A stretch of DNA of 57,278 bases from Candidatus Aenigmatarchaeota archaeon. Its GTDB lineage: Archaea; Aenigmatarchaeota; Aenigmatarchaeia; PWEA01. Of this stretch, positions 27,358 through 36,470 are shown piece by piece. The notes beneath the pieces were generated by a model that worked only from the letters and a program-made list of their open reading frames with translations, was not told where the DNA came from and did no database searches. Made by a program: the position numbers and the translations under genes. The stretch covers positions 77,242-134,519 of the forward strand of contig PWHK01000017.1 of the NCBI GenBank assembly GCA_003554845.1, in the 5' to 3' direction. The first letter of the stretch is position 1, and every line of letters starts with the position of its first letter.

Positions 27358-27728
27358 CCGTAGACTATTATTTTCTTTGGATAGTCTCCTACCCCGCCTA
27401 TTATGTATCCTGATCTGGAGACCGATCTGTCCTCGGGAAGGGTCAGGTTACCGCATGTGTTACCACAGACAACTGTCTTGTAACCTACTCCTGGGGGAAG
27501 GCATTGGTCGATTTCTTCTTCGAAGGGACCTTCGCTTTCTAGTTCATTTCTGTCGTATATCCTGGAGGAAATAATAAGTGAATGGAGACAGCCATCGAGT
27601 CTTGGCTTTATCTGGTCCTCTGTTGTAATCGATGAACCTGTGTATAGAACAAAAGTTGCTGTGAGTATAATCATTGCAGCAACAAATGATTCCACTGTAA
27701 AAAGGGCGCCCTTTGTATTCTTGTTCAC
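27345..27728 (-). CDS. pilin-like protein (minor pilin candidate)
   Basis: 127 aa. NTKG|ALFTVESFVAAMIILTATFVLY, with a Glu a few residues after the putative cleavage site. Confidence 0.55.
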   Translation of the reverse strand: MNKNTKGALFTVESFVAAMIILTATFVLYTGSSITTEDQIKPRLDGCLHSLIISSRIYDRNELESEGPFEEEIDQCLPPGVGYKTVVCGNTCGNLTLPEDRSVSRSGYIIGGVGDYPKKIIVYGWVE

Positions 27729-28573
27729 CAGACAACCACCTCGGGTTTTATAGTTTCGATTTGTCCGTCTTTGTTCTGGTAGAGCGTTTTTCTTGAGTAG
27801 ATCTCAACACCAGACTGTTCTGGTATGGGCCTACCGTGGTTGAACTCCATATCCGATGTATCGAAGGATATGTTGAATCCTCCGTCGAATCCGTATCCTT
27901 GGCCCAGATCCCCGTAGTTGAGATCTTCTAAAATCTCTGCCTTATATCCACAGACCGAGCCTAGTCTTCTTTCCGAATGTACAGTAACGTTCAGGGTTGT
28001 GTTTTCGGATTCTTCCAGTTCGGGATGTTCTGCCTCTGTCATGTTGTTTTGTGAATAGTATATGTCCACAGTTTTTTCTCCGTGGTCTCCTATCTCGATC
28101 TCGAAAAGTATATCGAAGGATTCCATGAAACCATCTCCTTCTACAGATGTATCAAGAGCCTCGTCCTTGTGGTATGCAACCACCGATCCTTTCCACGCGT
28201 TTGGTAAACCGTTGCTCTGTCCTGTATTTATATTGGTCTTCAGTGTATACGTCCCTCCATGCCCGTCCCTTTCTCTGATATGCACAGGAACCTTCCATAT
28301 AGTACTCCCCATGCTGGGTCTCTCTGGATTTTCTTCCCAGTGCCATGTCCTTGGATTTCCTTTGTGTGAGAAGGAGGTGTACCATAGGTTTTCTGCTTGG
28401 TTCTGTCCTTCACCTCTGTAGGTATCTCTTATGGTCGCGGAGTAGTGGTCTGATATATGTGAAAGAGAAAATGAAAAGGCTATTATGAGAACAGAGGCAG
28501 CCAGTGCAATATCAGCCTGGTTCATTCCCTTTGTTGACAAGCACAAAGAAGGCAATGAATCCATTGGTTTCAT
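27725..28573 (-). CDS. pilin-like protein (minor pilin candidate)
   Basis: 282 aa. STKG|MNQADIALAASVLIIAFSF N-terminus. There are 4-nt overlaps with both neighbours. Confidence 0.5.
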   Translation of the reverse strand: MKPMDSLPSLCLSTKGMNQADIALAASVLIIAFSFSLSHISDHYSATIRDTYRGEGQNQAENLWYTSFSHKGNPRTWHWEENPERPSMGSTIWKVPVHIRERDGHGGTYTLKTNINTGQSNGLPNAWKGSVVAYHKDEALDTSVEGDGFMESFDILFEIEIGDHGEKTVDIYYSQNNMTEAEHPELEESENTTLNVTVHSERRLGSVCGYKAEILEDLNYGDLGQGYGFDGGFNISFDTSDMEFNHGRPIPEQSGVEIYSRKTLYQNKDGQIETIKPEVVVW

Positions 28574-29076
28574 GCACCCACCTCCTCTATGGTGACCGTG
28601 TCTGTGATACTTCCTTCCCTGTTTTCCCTTGTGTACTCTATCCTCAGGTCGCGTTCGCTGGAAACCGATCCCGATAAACCGGTTTCTATGTTGTAGAGTT
28701 TCTGCGTATAGTTTTCAGAATTTCCATCCACCTTCAAAACAATACTTGGATCCGGTTCCTCTGTGAGGTCTACAACGTATGTCCTTCCACCTATGGTATT
28801 CCTAATTTCTATCTCCTTCGATGCCAAAATCCTTTTTTCACCTGGTTCCGGGACCGTCGTTTTCTGGTTGTTCACTGTATACATATCCATTATACTGTTT
28901 GAAACTTCCCTTATCACTGCTTCTGCTTGTGATCTCTTGGACTCGGATGTTATATCTGTGTAGTATGTGTACATAGACGAGGACACAACAAAAAGTATCA
29001 TGAAGACTATTAGCAGGGCTAGAACATGTGATGTGTAGTCCGAAAGTCCCTTTTTAGAGTAGAATATTTGTACCAC
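28570..29076 (-). CDS. pilin-like protein (minor pilin candidate)
   Basis: 168 aa. SKKG|LSDYTSHVLALLIVFMILFVV N-terminus. Its start lies 2 nt downstream of the ATPase gene stop. Confidence 0.5.
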   Translation of the reverse strand: MVQIFYSKKGLSDYTSHVLALLIVFMILFVVSSSMYTYYTDITSESKRSQAEAVIREVSNSIMDMYTVNNQKTTVPEPGEKRILASKEIEIRNTIGGRTYVVDLTEEPDPSIVLKVDGNSENYTQKLYNIETGLSGSVSSERDLRIEYTRENREGSITDTVTIEEVGA

Positions 29077-29078
29077 CG

Positions 29079-30938
29079 CTACACATCTTCATTTTCTTTG
29101 TTTCCTTCTATATTATTCTTTGTTTCTTCCTTGGTTTCCTCTGGTTCTATATTTTGATCTGCGACGATGGACCCACTTTTAAGTGATGAAGGAGGGCTTA
29201 CATGTACATCTCTTTCTATATCCCTTTCATCGAGCGTCTTTTTTGGATTCCTCAAGTATTCGGATATGACCCTTGCGACGTCCTTCCAGTCCATGACACT
29301 GTTTTCGTACATATATTCAAGCAGAGCCTCCCTCGTCTTTATCTCTTCCTTTACGTCTTCGAGATCCAGTCCTTTGTTTCTAGCTATCTTTGTTATTGCG
29401 TAGTCGGATCCCTTGTTGAACTTGAACTCGTCCTTTGCAGGTATCCAGGAGAAAACATTGTTTTCCCTTGCTTCTCCTGTTTCGCCGTCTATACTTGTTA
29501 TCTCAACCAGGCTTTTTGCCCTTCTTGCCGACTCACTTACACCCTTTGCATGGGCCATGTTTACAACTATATCAAGTGTCTCAACCAGGCTTGGCGGTAG
29601 TTCTATGGGAGGCGACTGGAGTCTTTTTATTACCGTGTCTACACCTCCTGCATGCATCGTAGACATTGCCGGATGACCGGAGCTCATGCCCTGGAACATC
29701 ACGTATGCTTCCTTGCCTCTGACTTCACCGACTATAACGTAGTCGGGATTCTGTCTAAAGGAAGCCTTCAAAAGATCAAACATATCAACCTCGCCGTAGC
29801 TGTCTTTTTTAGATGCCATTCCAAAACCTGAGCGTATCTGCGAGGGTATCCAGTTTTCATGTGGAAGGTTCAGTTCTCTTGTATCCTCTATTGAAACTAT
29901 TTTGTCCTGTTCGGGTATGAAAAGCGATATGGCGTTCAAAAATGAGGTTTTGCCCGAGGCCACACCTCCACAGACAAGAATGGATATACCGTTTTCTATA
30001 CATAGCCACAGATAAGCAAGAAGCTTCGGACTTGCAGTCCCCATTTTTATGAGCTGTGTCGGCGAGAAGGGTTCTTCGGTGAACTTCCGTATGGAAAAGT
30101 TGGGTCCCTTTGTAGAGACATCCTCCGAGTAAGTTGCCTGTACCCTTGATCCGTCGGGCAGGCTTCCGTCGAGGAGAGGTTCTGCGTAGGATACATATCT
30201 TCCGCATCTTTCGGCAAGCTTTACTATAAAGTCCTTGAGTTGGTCTTCTTCGTTGTAGACTATGTTTGTTTTCACGGACCCGAACTTCTTGTGTATTATG
30301 TATATAGGTGTCCCAACACCATCGCATCCTATATCTTCTATGTAGGGATCATGCATGAGAGGCTCTATCCTGTTGATCCCAACAAAGTCCCTGTACACAT
30401 AGTACATTATCTTTGAGAACTCCAGCCTTGAAAGGTGTATGTCAAGCTCCTTTACTATCTGCTTTATCTTCTTTTCCAGATATTCTATTGTTTCCCCCCT
30501 TTCCCTTACTTCGGATAGTTTTACATCTACAAGTTCCACCAGCGCGTCCTTTATGTCCCTGTATATATTCTTTTCATTGTTGCTCAGCTCCGGCTCCATC
30601 ACCCTGTATACATTTTCACAGTGTACATCACTCCATCTTATGTTTGCGTATGCAAAGGGCTGGAGAAGAGGATACTGTACGTCTAGGTCTTCATCGTCTT
30701 CTGTATCTGGTACAACAAGAAGGCGTTTGGGCTCCTTTATGTCGAATTCTCCCAGTCTTTCCACAAGCCTTTCTGGTCCTTCTCTGTAGTCTTCTAACCT
30801 TCTTCTCAGGGACCCTCTTTCGGGGACCATCTTCTTTCTGATCTCAGAAATTCTGTCCTTTAACCCTATTTGAATCACCCTTGTCCTTTCCGTGGCTGAA
30901 CTATTCCTCGGAAGCGTGCGCACTTTGGACAGGCCCAT
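29079..30938 (-). CDS. FlaI/PilB/VirB11-family type IV pilus assembly ATPase, locus 1
   Basis: 619 aa. Walker A VCGGVASGKTSFLNA, IVSIEDTRELN, Walker B DYVIVGEVRG and His box. The track start overlaps the eS26 gene by 64 nt. An alternative start is Met37 at 30830. Confidence 0.9.
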   Translation of the reverse strand: MGLSKVRTLPRNSSATERTRVIQIGLKDRISEIRKKMVPERGSLRRRLEDYREGPERLVERLGEFDIKEPKRLLVVPDTEDDEDLDVQYPLLQPFAYANIRWSDVHCENVYRVMEPELSNNEKNIYRDIKDALVELVDVKLSEVRERGETIEYLEKKIKQIVKELDIHLSRLEFSKIMYYVYRDFVGINRIEPLMHDPYIEDIGCDGVGTPIYIIHKKFGSVKTNIVYNEEDQLKDFIVKLAERCGRYVSYAEPLLDGSLPDGSRVQATYSEDVSTKGPNFSIRKFTEEPFSPTQLIKMGTASPKLLAYLWLCIENGISILVCGGVASGKTSFLNAISLFIPEQDKIVSIEDTRELNLPHENWIPSQIRSGFGMASKKDSYGEVDMFDLLKASFRQNPDYVIVGEVRGKEAYVMFQGMSSGHPAMSTMHAGGVDTVIKRLQSPPIELPPSLVETLDIVVNMAHAKGVSESARRAKSLVEITSIDGETGEARENNVFSWIPAKDEFKFNKGSDYAITKIARNKGLDLEDVKEEIKTREALLEYMYENSVMDWKDVARVISEYLRNPKKTLDERDIERDVHVSPPSSLKSGSIVADQNIEPEETKEETKNNIEGNKENEDV

Positions 30939-31141
30939 TGGGTCTTTTCTGGTAGGTGCATATCTTTGTCGTCTACCTGTTTTCTGACTTCGGGATCGGT
31001 TATTTTCATTCCACTCTTCGTCTTGAAGGACTTGAAGCGGGGAACTCTTCTTCCACAGAAACTGCAGCGTACGTTCTGTCTTGAACCCTTGGACTTAGTT
31101 TGTGTGTAGCCGCGCTTGTACGGGGCTCCGGATTTTGGCAT
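30875..31141 (-). CDS. rps26e: ribosomal protein eS26 (S26e)
   Basis: 88 aa. MPK...basic N-terminus, VRCSFCGRRVPRFK and CPKCARFRGIV reproduce the two-CxxC zinc-ribbon layout of eS26 (VRCxxCGRxVPxDK ... CxxCAxxxxIV). GGAGGTG lies 5 nt upstream of the ATG. Confidence 0.65.
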   Translation of the reverse strand: MPKSGAPYKRGYTQTKSKGSRQNVRCSFCGRRVPRFKSFKTKSGMKITDPEVRKQVDDKDMHLPEKTQWACPKCARFRGIVQPRKGQG

Positions 31142-31305
31142 GTTTCCACCTCCTAATGTTGTTGGATTATTTTTGGCAATAAAACCTACAACAAGTTTGT
31201 TGCTACAAACTTAAAAGTTACTAATTGGTCGTTATGATCATACGTTTCTGTGAAGTATTTATACGCTGAAAAAGTATTTTAATTACTAAAGGTTAACTGT
31301 TTGCT

Positions 31306-31722
31306 ATGTTTTTAGGCCACAGAGGACAGGCTGCAATGGAGTATATGATGATAATGGTTATAGCCATGCTTATACTTGTTCCTCTTGTTTCTGTTGTCTA
31401 CTCCCAGACCGCGAGATCCAGAGAGGAGATGGGTCAGGCAGCCCTGAGGGATTCTCTCCAGGGACTTGCCGATTCTGCAAACATGGTACAGGCACAGGGC
31501 CATCCGGCCAAGATAACAAGGAGACTCCATCTTCCCCAGGGAACGACATATACAAACGTTACAGACAGCCACTTTGTTGTCAGGGTCCGTACAAAGGCAG
31601 GACCTACAGATTATTCTTCTACTACAACGGCAAACCTTACGGGAGGTCTTCCACAGAGCCCAGGCTCATATCAGATATCTCTGAAGATGGAGGAAGGAGG
31701 TCTTGTAAATGTCACATTCTGA
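31306..31722 (+). CDS. archaeal type IV pilin (Epd-type class III signal peptide)
   Basis: 138 aa. HRGQ|AAMEYMMIMVIAMLILVPLV, i.e. the KGQxxxE(F/Y) context seen in Methanococcus-type pilins. Confidence 0.75.
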   Translation: MFLGHRGQAAMEYMMIMVIAMLILVPLVSVVYSQTARSREEMGQAALRDSLQGLADSANMVQAQGHPAKITRRLHLPQGTTYTNVTDSHFVVRVRTKAGPTDYSSTTTANLTGGLPQSPGSYQISLKMEEGGLVNVTF

Positions 31723-32128
31723 GAGAAGGGGACAGGTCTCAATGGAGTTTATGGCTTATTTTGGAACACTTCTCATGATTTTTGTGTTGTTCGGGCCTGT
31801 GCTTTTCAACAGGTCTGTAGCCATAAAGAGGAGAACTGTCTCCCTTGAGGCCAGCAGGGTTGCGACATCCCTTGAGAAGGAGATAAACAACGCAGTCCGT
31901 TTTGGCGATGGTTACCGGAGAACGTTTACTGTTCCCGAAAGTTTGTCGGGCCATGAATACAACATCACTTTGCATGGTGCAGAGTACGGAAGTATTTTGA
32001 GGGTGGAGTGGAGTAATGGAGTTGAAAACAGAAGGCTGATAACATCGGATACCTCTGGTGATATAGTTTCGGGTGAAAACACAGTAGAAAATTCAGACGG
32101 TACAATAAAATTCAACGATATAAAATGA
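31709..32128 (+). CDS. archaeal type IV pilin (Epd-type class III signal peptide)
   Basis: 139 aa. RRGQ|VSMEFMAYFGTLLMIFVLF. Confidence 0.75.
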   Translation: MSHSERRGQVSMEFMAYFGTLLMIFVLFGPVLFNRSVAIKRRTVSLEASRVATSLEKEINNAVRFGDGYRRTFTVPESLSGHEYNITLHGAEYGSILRVEWSNGVENRRLITSDTSGDIVSGENTVENSDGTIKFNDIK

Positions 32129-32628
32129 AAGACCAAGGACTAGGACAGATATTTTCGGTGGACTTTCTGGTTGGAGTTGTAGTGGTTCTTTTCATAATGA
32201 CGACGGTCCAGGTATACCATTCCAGGGTTACAGAGGACATAAGACAGGAGGAAAAGATGGTTTTTCACGAAAGCCTTTCATCAAGAACAGATACACTTCT
32301 TCTTTTTGAAGGTATGCCTGAAAACTGGAACGATGAAAACATAGAAATACTTGGATTTTCTACAGGAAAGCCTAACGAACTCAACGGGACGAAGCTTTTG
32401 GAATACTTTGCCATGGAAGACACAAAGGCCGAAAATCTTCTTGGTTTCCATGGCCGTGAATTTCACCTTGTTTTCAGAGACGATCAGGGGGATATTATGT
32501 CCAGAGACGGCGTTGACTTTATCAGAGGGGAACAGGGGTGGAATGGATCTTCCGACATCTATACAGTCGAGAGAAAGATATCGGTTGAGGGAAGCGGACA
32601 GGGTTCAATGAGGCTGGTAGTATGGTAA
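32125..32628 (+). CDS. pilin-like protein (minor pilin candidate)
   Basis: 167 aa. GLGQ|IFSVDFLVGVVVVLFIM. There is a 4-nt overlap with the upstream pilin gene. Confidence 0.6.
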   Translation: MKDQGLGQIFSVDFLVGVVVVLFIMTTVQVYHSRVTEDIRQEEKMVFHESLSSRTDTLLLFEGMPENWNDENIEILGFSTGKPNELNGTKLLEYFAMEDTKAENLLGFHGREFHLVFRDDQGDIMSRDGVDFIRGEQGWNGSSDIYTVERKISVEGSGQGSMRLVVW

Positions 32629-35240
32629 ATATGATGGACTCCAAAAGCGGAATATTCTTCAGTTTGGATGCAGTCCTGGCTCTTACCGCGGCATTTGTCA
32701 TCATAGGAAGCCTTGGAGTATACTACACAGTTGCGCCTGAGATGGATTACAGGGATAAACACGCCGATTCTGAAGATATAATGGCCTTTCTTCTAAATAC
32801 ACATCCTGACGACGTAGAAGGCATTGAAGTCTATGCAAACCAGACAGACGATGGCAGTATACTGGAACTTATAGGTTCCTTCTGGGCTTCGGGTAATATA
32901 TCTGCGGCAGAGGACATAACAAAAACTGTCCTTGATGGAAGAACGGATAGGTGCTGGGAAATGGATTTTTCCGGAGACAGCATAGGCGGAGGATGTGAAG
33001 AGGGAGATACGGTCTCGGTTTCAAGTAGGGTTGTTTCCGGGTATGAGGCAGAAAAAGAACCCGAGGGATATATTGTCAGAGGCCGTCTTACAGAGACAGA
33101 TTCCGTTTTTGATAGTTCATATACGTTTTTCAGCGGATATGTCGGCGACGGCAATATAACAAAAACAATTTCGCTTGATAATATCGAAAGCATCGAAAAC
33201 ACCACCATGGAGGTAGACGCCGGCGGAAACTTCACACTCTACATAAACGATCAGTTTTCTGGATACTATTCGACCCAAAGTGGATCACAGAGAGCTGATA
33301 GATGGAAAATAGATGAAGACCATTGGGACAACTTTGTAGAAGGAGAAAACAAACTACAGTTTAACTTTACAGAAGAAGGCGCTTCTTTCTCAGGAGGCTT
33401 TTTTAATGTTGTATACATGACAGATGATTTCCAGTTCAAGCACCCGGATACCATACAAAAAAAGAACCTTCCTGGTATAGACGGTGTGATAAATCTCTAT
33501 TCTTCTTTCTATGTTCCAGGTGAAATTCAAAATATTTCGGCTTACTTGGACTACAAGAGCGAGTATAATATATCACTTGTTCTTGGAAATGTTACCGTCT
33601 ACGAAAATTCTTCACACAAAAGAAAGCAGGTTGAGTTGTTTGATCATGAAGTAAGGACCTGTTTCGATGAATCGGATGTTGGATATTCAGATATAAGCGA
33701 CACAACTGTACCTTTGAGGCTGAGTATGTCCAATGTAACAGATCTTCTCGGAAGAGAAGCAGATGTTTTTTCCGTCGTTGATGTGTCGGGTAGTATGGGA
33801 GCCTGTGATGTTCCCGCAGAGCCAGAAGACGACTACGAATGTGAGAACAACTGTCAAAACCCTGGATTTTTCTGTTGTTGGTTTAACAACTGTAATACAG
33901 AGAGTGGATGTGAAGCCTGCGATGGAACCTGGGTAGATTTCGGCAAGGAAAGAATAACTGTGGCGAAACAAGCAACAAGGGATTTTGTTGACATTATTCT
34001 CAATACAACAGGAAACAGAGTTGGATTAAATGCCTATGAGAGCGTTGTTGAGGAGCAGCATGCACACGATCTTTCAAAGGACAATGAATCGCTTTACGAT
34101 AAAGTTGAAGACTGGGAAGCCGGTGGTGGAACCTGTATATGCTGCGGTGTTAACGATGCAAGACAAAGACTTGTTGATCAATCAAATGAAAGCAGATACC
34201 GTTCCATGGTTATGATGAGCGACGGAATTGCCAACGTGGAGTGTAGTGAGCAAGGTACAGGTGATGCAGCCCAGGATGCAATAGAATCTGCATGCTATGC
34301 CTATGAGGAGTATGGTATAGAGGTTTATACTATAGGCTTTGGCCCCAAGGAACAGATAGATGAAGAAACTATGCAGGAAATGGCAGACTGTGCCAATGGT
34401 AAATACTACTACTCTGATCTGGGAAATCTTGAAGATATATATGAAAGCGCAACAGAGGATATGTTAAAGGCATCCTACGAAGACCAAGAGTTGAATGTCA
34501 GAGAACCATTCTCGGAAAATATTACACTTTATCCTGATTCATACATACGATTCAATTACACAGAAACAGGGGACGAGCTCCAGTACGGTGAGATTCCACT
34601 GACATTTCAGTCCAAGAGATTTGAAGGTGATATTGAGTCTCCAAAGGAGGGTAACTTTTCAGTGGGTGATGCAGCAAGACCCCTAGGTGCCCGGGTAACC
34701 TCCTACTCGTCACGTTTCTGGACCTCACTTGTTGATATATCGAATGATGACCACACCCAGAACATATACAACCTTACAAACTTTGGTAGAGAGTATGAGA
34801 AGCTCGGGGATCCATACACTGTAAACATACCACGTGGGTATATATCCCATGGAAATAATCAGATATACCTCGATACATCCCGATCCCCGGGTAACTTTAC
34901 AGGTGGATCTCCTGATAGCAGGGTAATATACGATGTGGCTGTCAATGGTTCGGTTGGATACGGTGACTCTTTCCCGGAGTATGAAGGCGGGACTGTTACA
35001 GTGGATCTTGCCTCGGGGGAAACCTATGAACTGATTGTTGGTAACAACACAGATACGTGTGATTTTGAAAGGGATGCACTGTGTGATATGGTTCTCAGAC
35101 TTACAGAAAAACTGGACGTCAACAACGATGGAATGGTGGATGTTATGATATCCGAGGAAAATCTTGAGATAGGCGACACCAGGATAGGAGGAGTTCCGTA
35201 TCTCTGGGGCCCGGGTGTATTTACTATGAAAATATGGTGA
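32622..35240 (+). CDS. large pilin-like protein with von Willebrand factor A domain (tip-adhesin candidate)
   Basis: 872 aa. N-terminus SKSG|IFFSLDAVLALTAAFVIIGSL. vWA MIDAS DVFSVVDVSGSMG with downstream MMSDGIAN and VYTIGFG. A 10-Cys insert follows the MIDAS motif (CDVPAEPEDDYECENNCQNPGFFCCWFNNCNTESGCEACDG). Confidence 0.75.
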   Translation: MVNMMDSKSGIFFSLDAVLALTAAFVIIGSLGVYYTVAPEMDYRDKHADSEDIMAFLLNTHPDDVEGIEVYANQTDDGSILELIGSFWASGNISAAEDITKTVLDGRTDRCWEMDFSGDSIGGGCEEGDTVSVSSRVVSGYEAEKEPEGYIVRGRLTETDSVFDSSYTFFSGYVGDGNITKTISLDNIESIENTTMEVDAGGNFTLYINDQFSGYYSTQSGSQRADRWKIDEDHWDNFVEGENKLQFNFTEEGASFSGGFFNVVYMTDDFQFKHPDTIQKKNLPGIDGVINLYSSFYVPGEIQNISAYLDYKSEYNISLVLGNVTVYENSSHKRKQVELFDHEVRTCFDESDVGYSDISDTTVPLRLSMSNVTDLLGREADVFSVVDVSGSMGACDVPAEPEDDYECENNCQNPGFFCCWFNNCNTESGCEACDGTWVDFGKERITVAKQATRDFVDIILNTTGNRVGLNAYESVVEEQHAHDLSKDNESLYDKVEDWEAGGGTCICCGVNDARQRLVDQSNESRYRSMVMMSDGIANVECSEQGTGDAAQDAIESACYAYEEYGIEVYTIGFGPKEQIDEETMQEMADCANGKYYYSDLGNLEDIYESATEDMLKASYEDQELNVREPFSENITLYPDSYIRFNYTETGDELQYGEIPLTFQSKRFEGDIESPKEGNFSVGDAARPLGARVTSYSSRFWTSLVDISNDDHTQNIYNLTNFGREYEKLGDPYTVNIPRGYISHGNNQIYLDTSRSPGNFTGGSPDSRVIYDVAVNGSVGYGDSFPEYEGGTVTVDLASGETYELIVGNNTDTCDFERDALCDMVLRLTEKLDVNNDGMVDVMISEENLEIGDTRIGGVPYLWGPGVFTMKIW

Positions 35241-35244
35241 TATA

Positions 35245-36462
35245 ATGAAGACAAAAGAGAAAGGACAGTTTTTTTCGATAATAACCATACTTATGGTTCT
35301 ACCCTTGGTTGTACTTTCTGTATCCTTTGGTGAAACCATGGGCGGATATGGAACTGATGTAGGTGAGCAGGTCAGACTCAAGAGTGGGTACTACTACTAC
35401 CGTTCCATGGAGGAGGATCTGGAGAGGGTATCTCAAAAGGTAGGTCACAGAGCTGTACTTTCCGCCATAAGCTACACTGTAGAAACAGGACAGGGCCTTG
35501 GATCCTCACAGGAAGTCCTTGAAGAGCTCTTCGTCGATGGATCCATAAACGGCGAGTCGCATCCTCTGATGAACAGATCCGGTATAGACGGATGGGTGGA
35601 TTCTATAGGTGACGTATCTTCTGAAAGAGGATACAACGTAGACCTGGAGAGACAAAGGCCTGATATAGATATGTACGATCCCTTTACAATTTCCTTTTCC
35701 TTTGACTATAGTCTTACAATGAAGGACTCCGGCGGGCTTTTCAGTATTTCAAAGGAAGATTCAAGACCCAACACAGTTTCTATTGATGGAATCGAAGATC
35801 CTATTGTGGTCCTGGGAACAGGTGGAAGGTATAGCACCACCTTTAGAAGATGTGGTTTTGACAGCGCAGTAGAGGAAATCGACCATGGCACAGGAAACAA
35901 TTCATGGGGGCATGGGATTACTGTTGTAAGACCTCAGGGAATATGTGGAGTTGATAACAGTGGTGATAGGGTTGCGGTGGTCGAAGATGCGACAGAAGAA
36001 GTAGACTGTTTGAATGAATTTTCAGCGGTTGTTGCCGGCACGGCAGAGGACGATCATATAGACGTTCCATACGTCTCGGGTGTCGATATAGACGGAGTTC
36101 CAAACTCAACCCGGGTTGTCGTTGACGGCTACAGAGGCGAGGTTTGGGATATCGAAAATCTATATATGATGTGGTCCGAAACCTGCTATATTCCGGGAAC
36201 AGACTCCCCGAGCTTTATGGACCGCCTTGAGAACAATCTAAGTTCAAGTTCTTCCTATGGCTTGAATGTTTTAATCAACAAGGGGGATCTTCAAAGGGAA
36301 GGTCTCGATGTCAAAGACAGGTCAAACCTGGCACACATTTATTTTAGTGAGGAAGATGTAATTGATTGTAGAGTGAAGGGAATGCCAGAATCTTTCAGAA
36401 TAGATCCCGACGGCTCAAAGGACATAGGACTGGATAGCTCGTTGCAGTTTGACTGTCAGTAG
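35245..36462 (+). CDS. pilin-like protein (minor pilin candidate)
   Basis: 405 aa. KEKGQ|FFSIITILMVLPLVVLSV N-terminus. No other domain recognised. Confidence 0.55.
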   Translation: MKTKEKGQFFSIITILMVLPLVVLSVSFGETMGGYGTDVGEQVRLKSGYYYYRSMEEDLERVSQKVGHRAVLSAISYTVETGQGLGSSQEVLEELFVDGSINGESHPLMNRSGIDGWVDSIGDVSSERGYNVDLERQRPDIDMYDPFTISFSFDYSLTMKDSGGLFSISKEDSRPNTVSIDGIEDPIVVLGTGGRYSTTFRRCGFDSAVEEIDHGTGNNSWGHGITVVRPQGICGVDNSGDRVAVVEDATEEVDCLNEFSAVVAGTAEDDHIDVPYVSGVDIDGVPNSTRVVVDGYRGEVWDIENLYMMWSETCYIPGTDSPSFMDRLENNLSSSSSYGLNVLINKGDLQREGLDVKDRSNLAHIYFSEEDVIDCRVKGMPESFRIDPDGSKDIGLDSSLQFDCQ

Positions 36463-36470
36463 GTGTTTAC

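Noticed and set aside
29857-30327. 156-aa minus-strand ORF in another frame within the locus 1 ATPase gene
   Set aside because: It is fully embedded in the ATPase coding region, and the translation is R/K/C-rich with no motifs. The ATPase frame carries all Walker motifs.
34725-35381. 218-aa minus-strand ORF overlapping the end of the vWA-pilin gene and the start of the next gene
   Set aside because: It is antisense to two well-supported co-directional genes. It has no signal or motifs, and its composition is typical of a shadow ORF.
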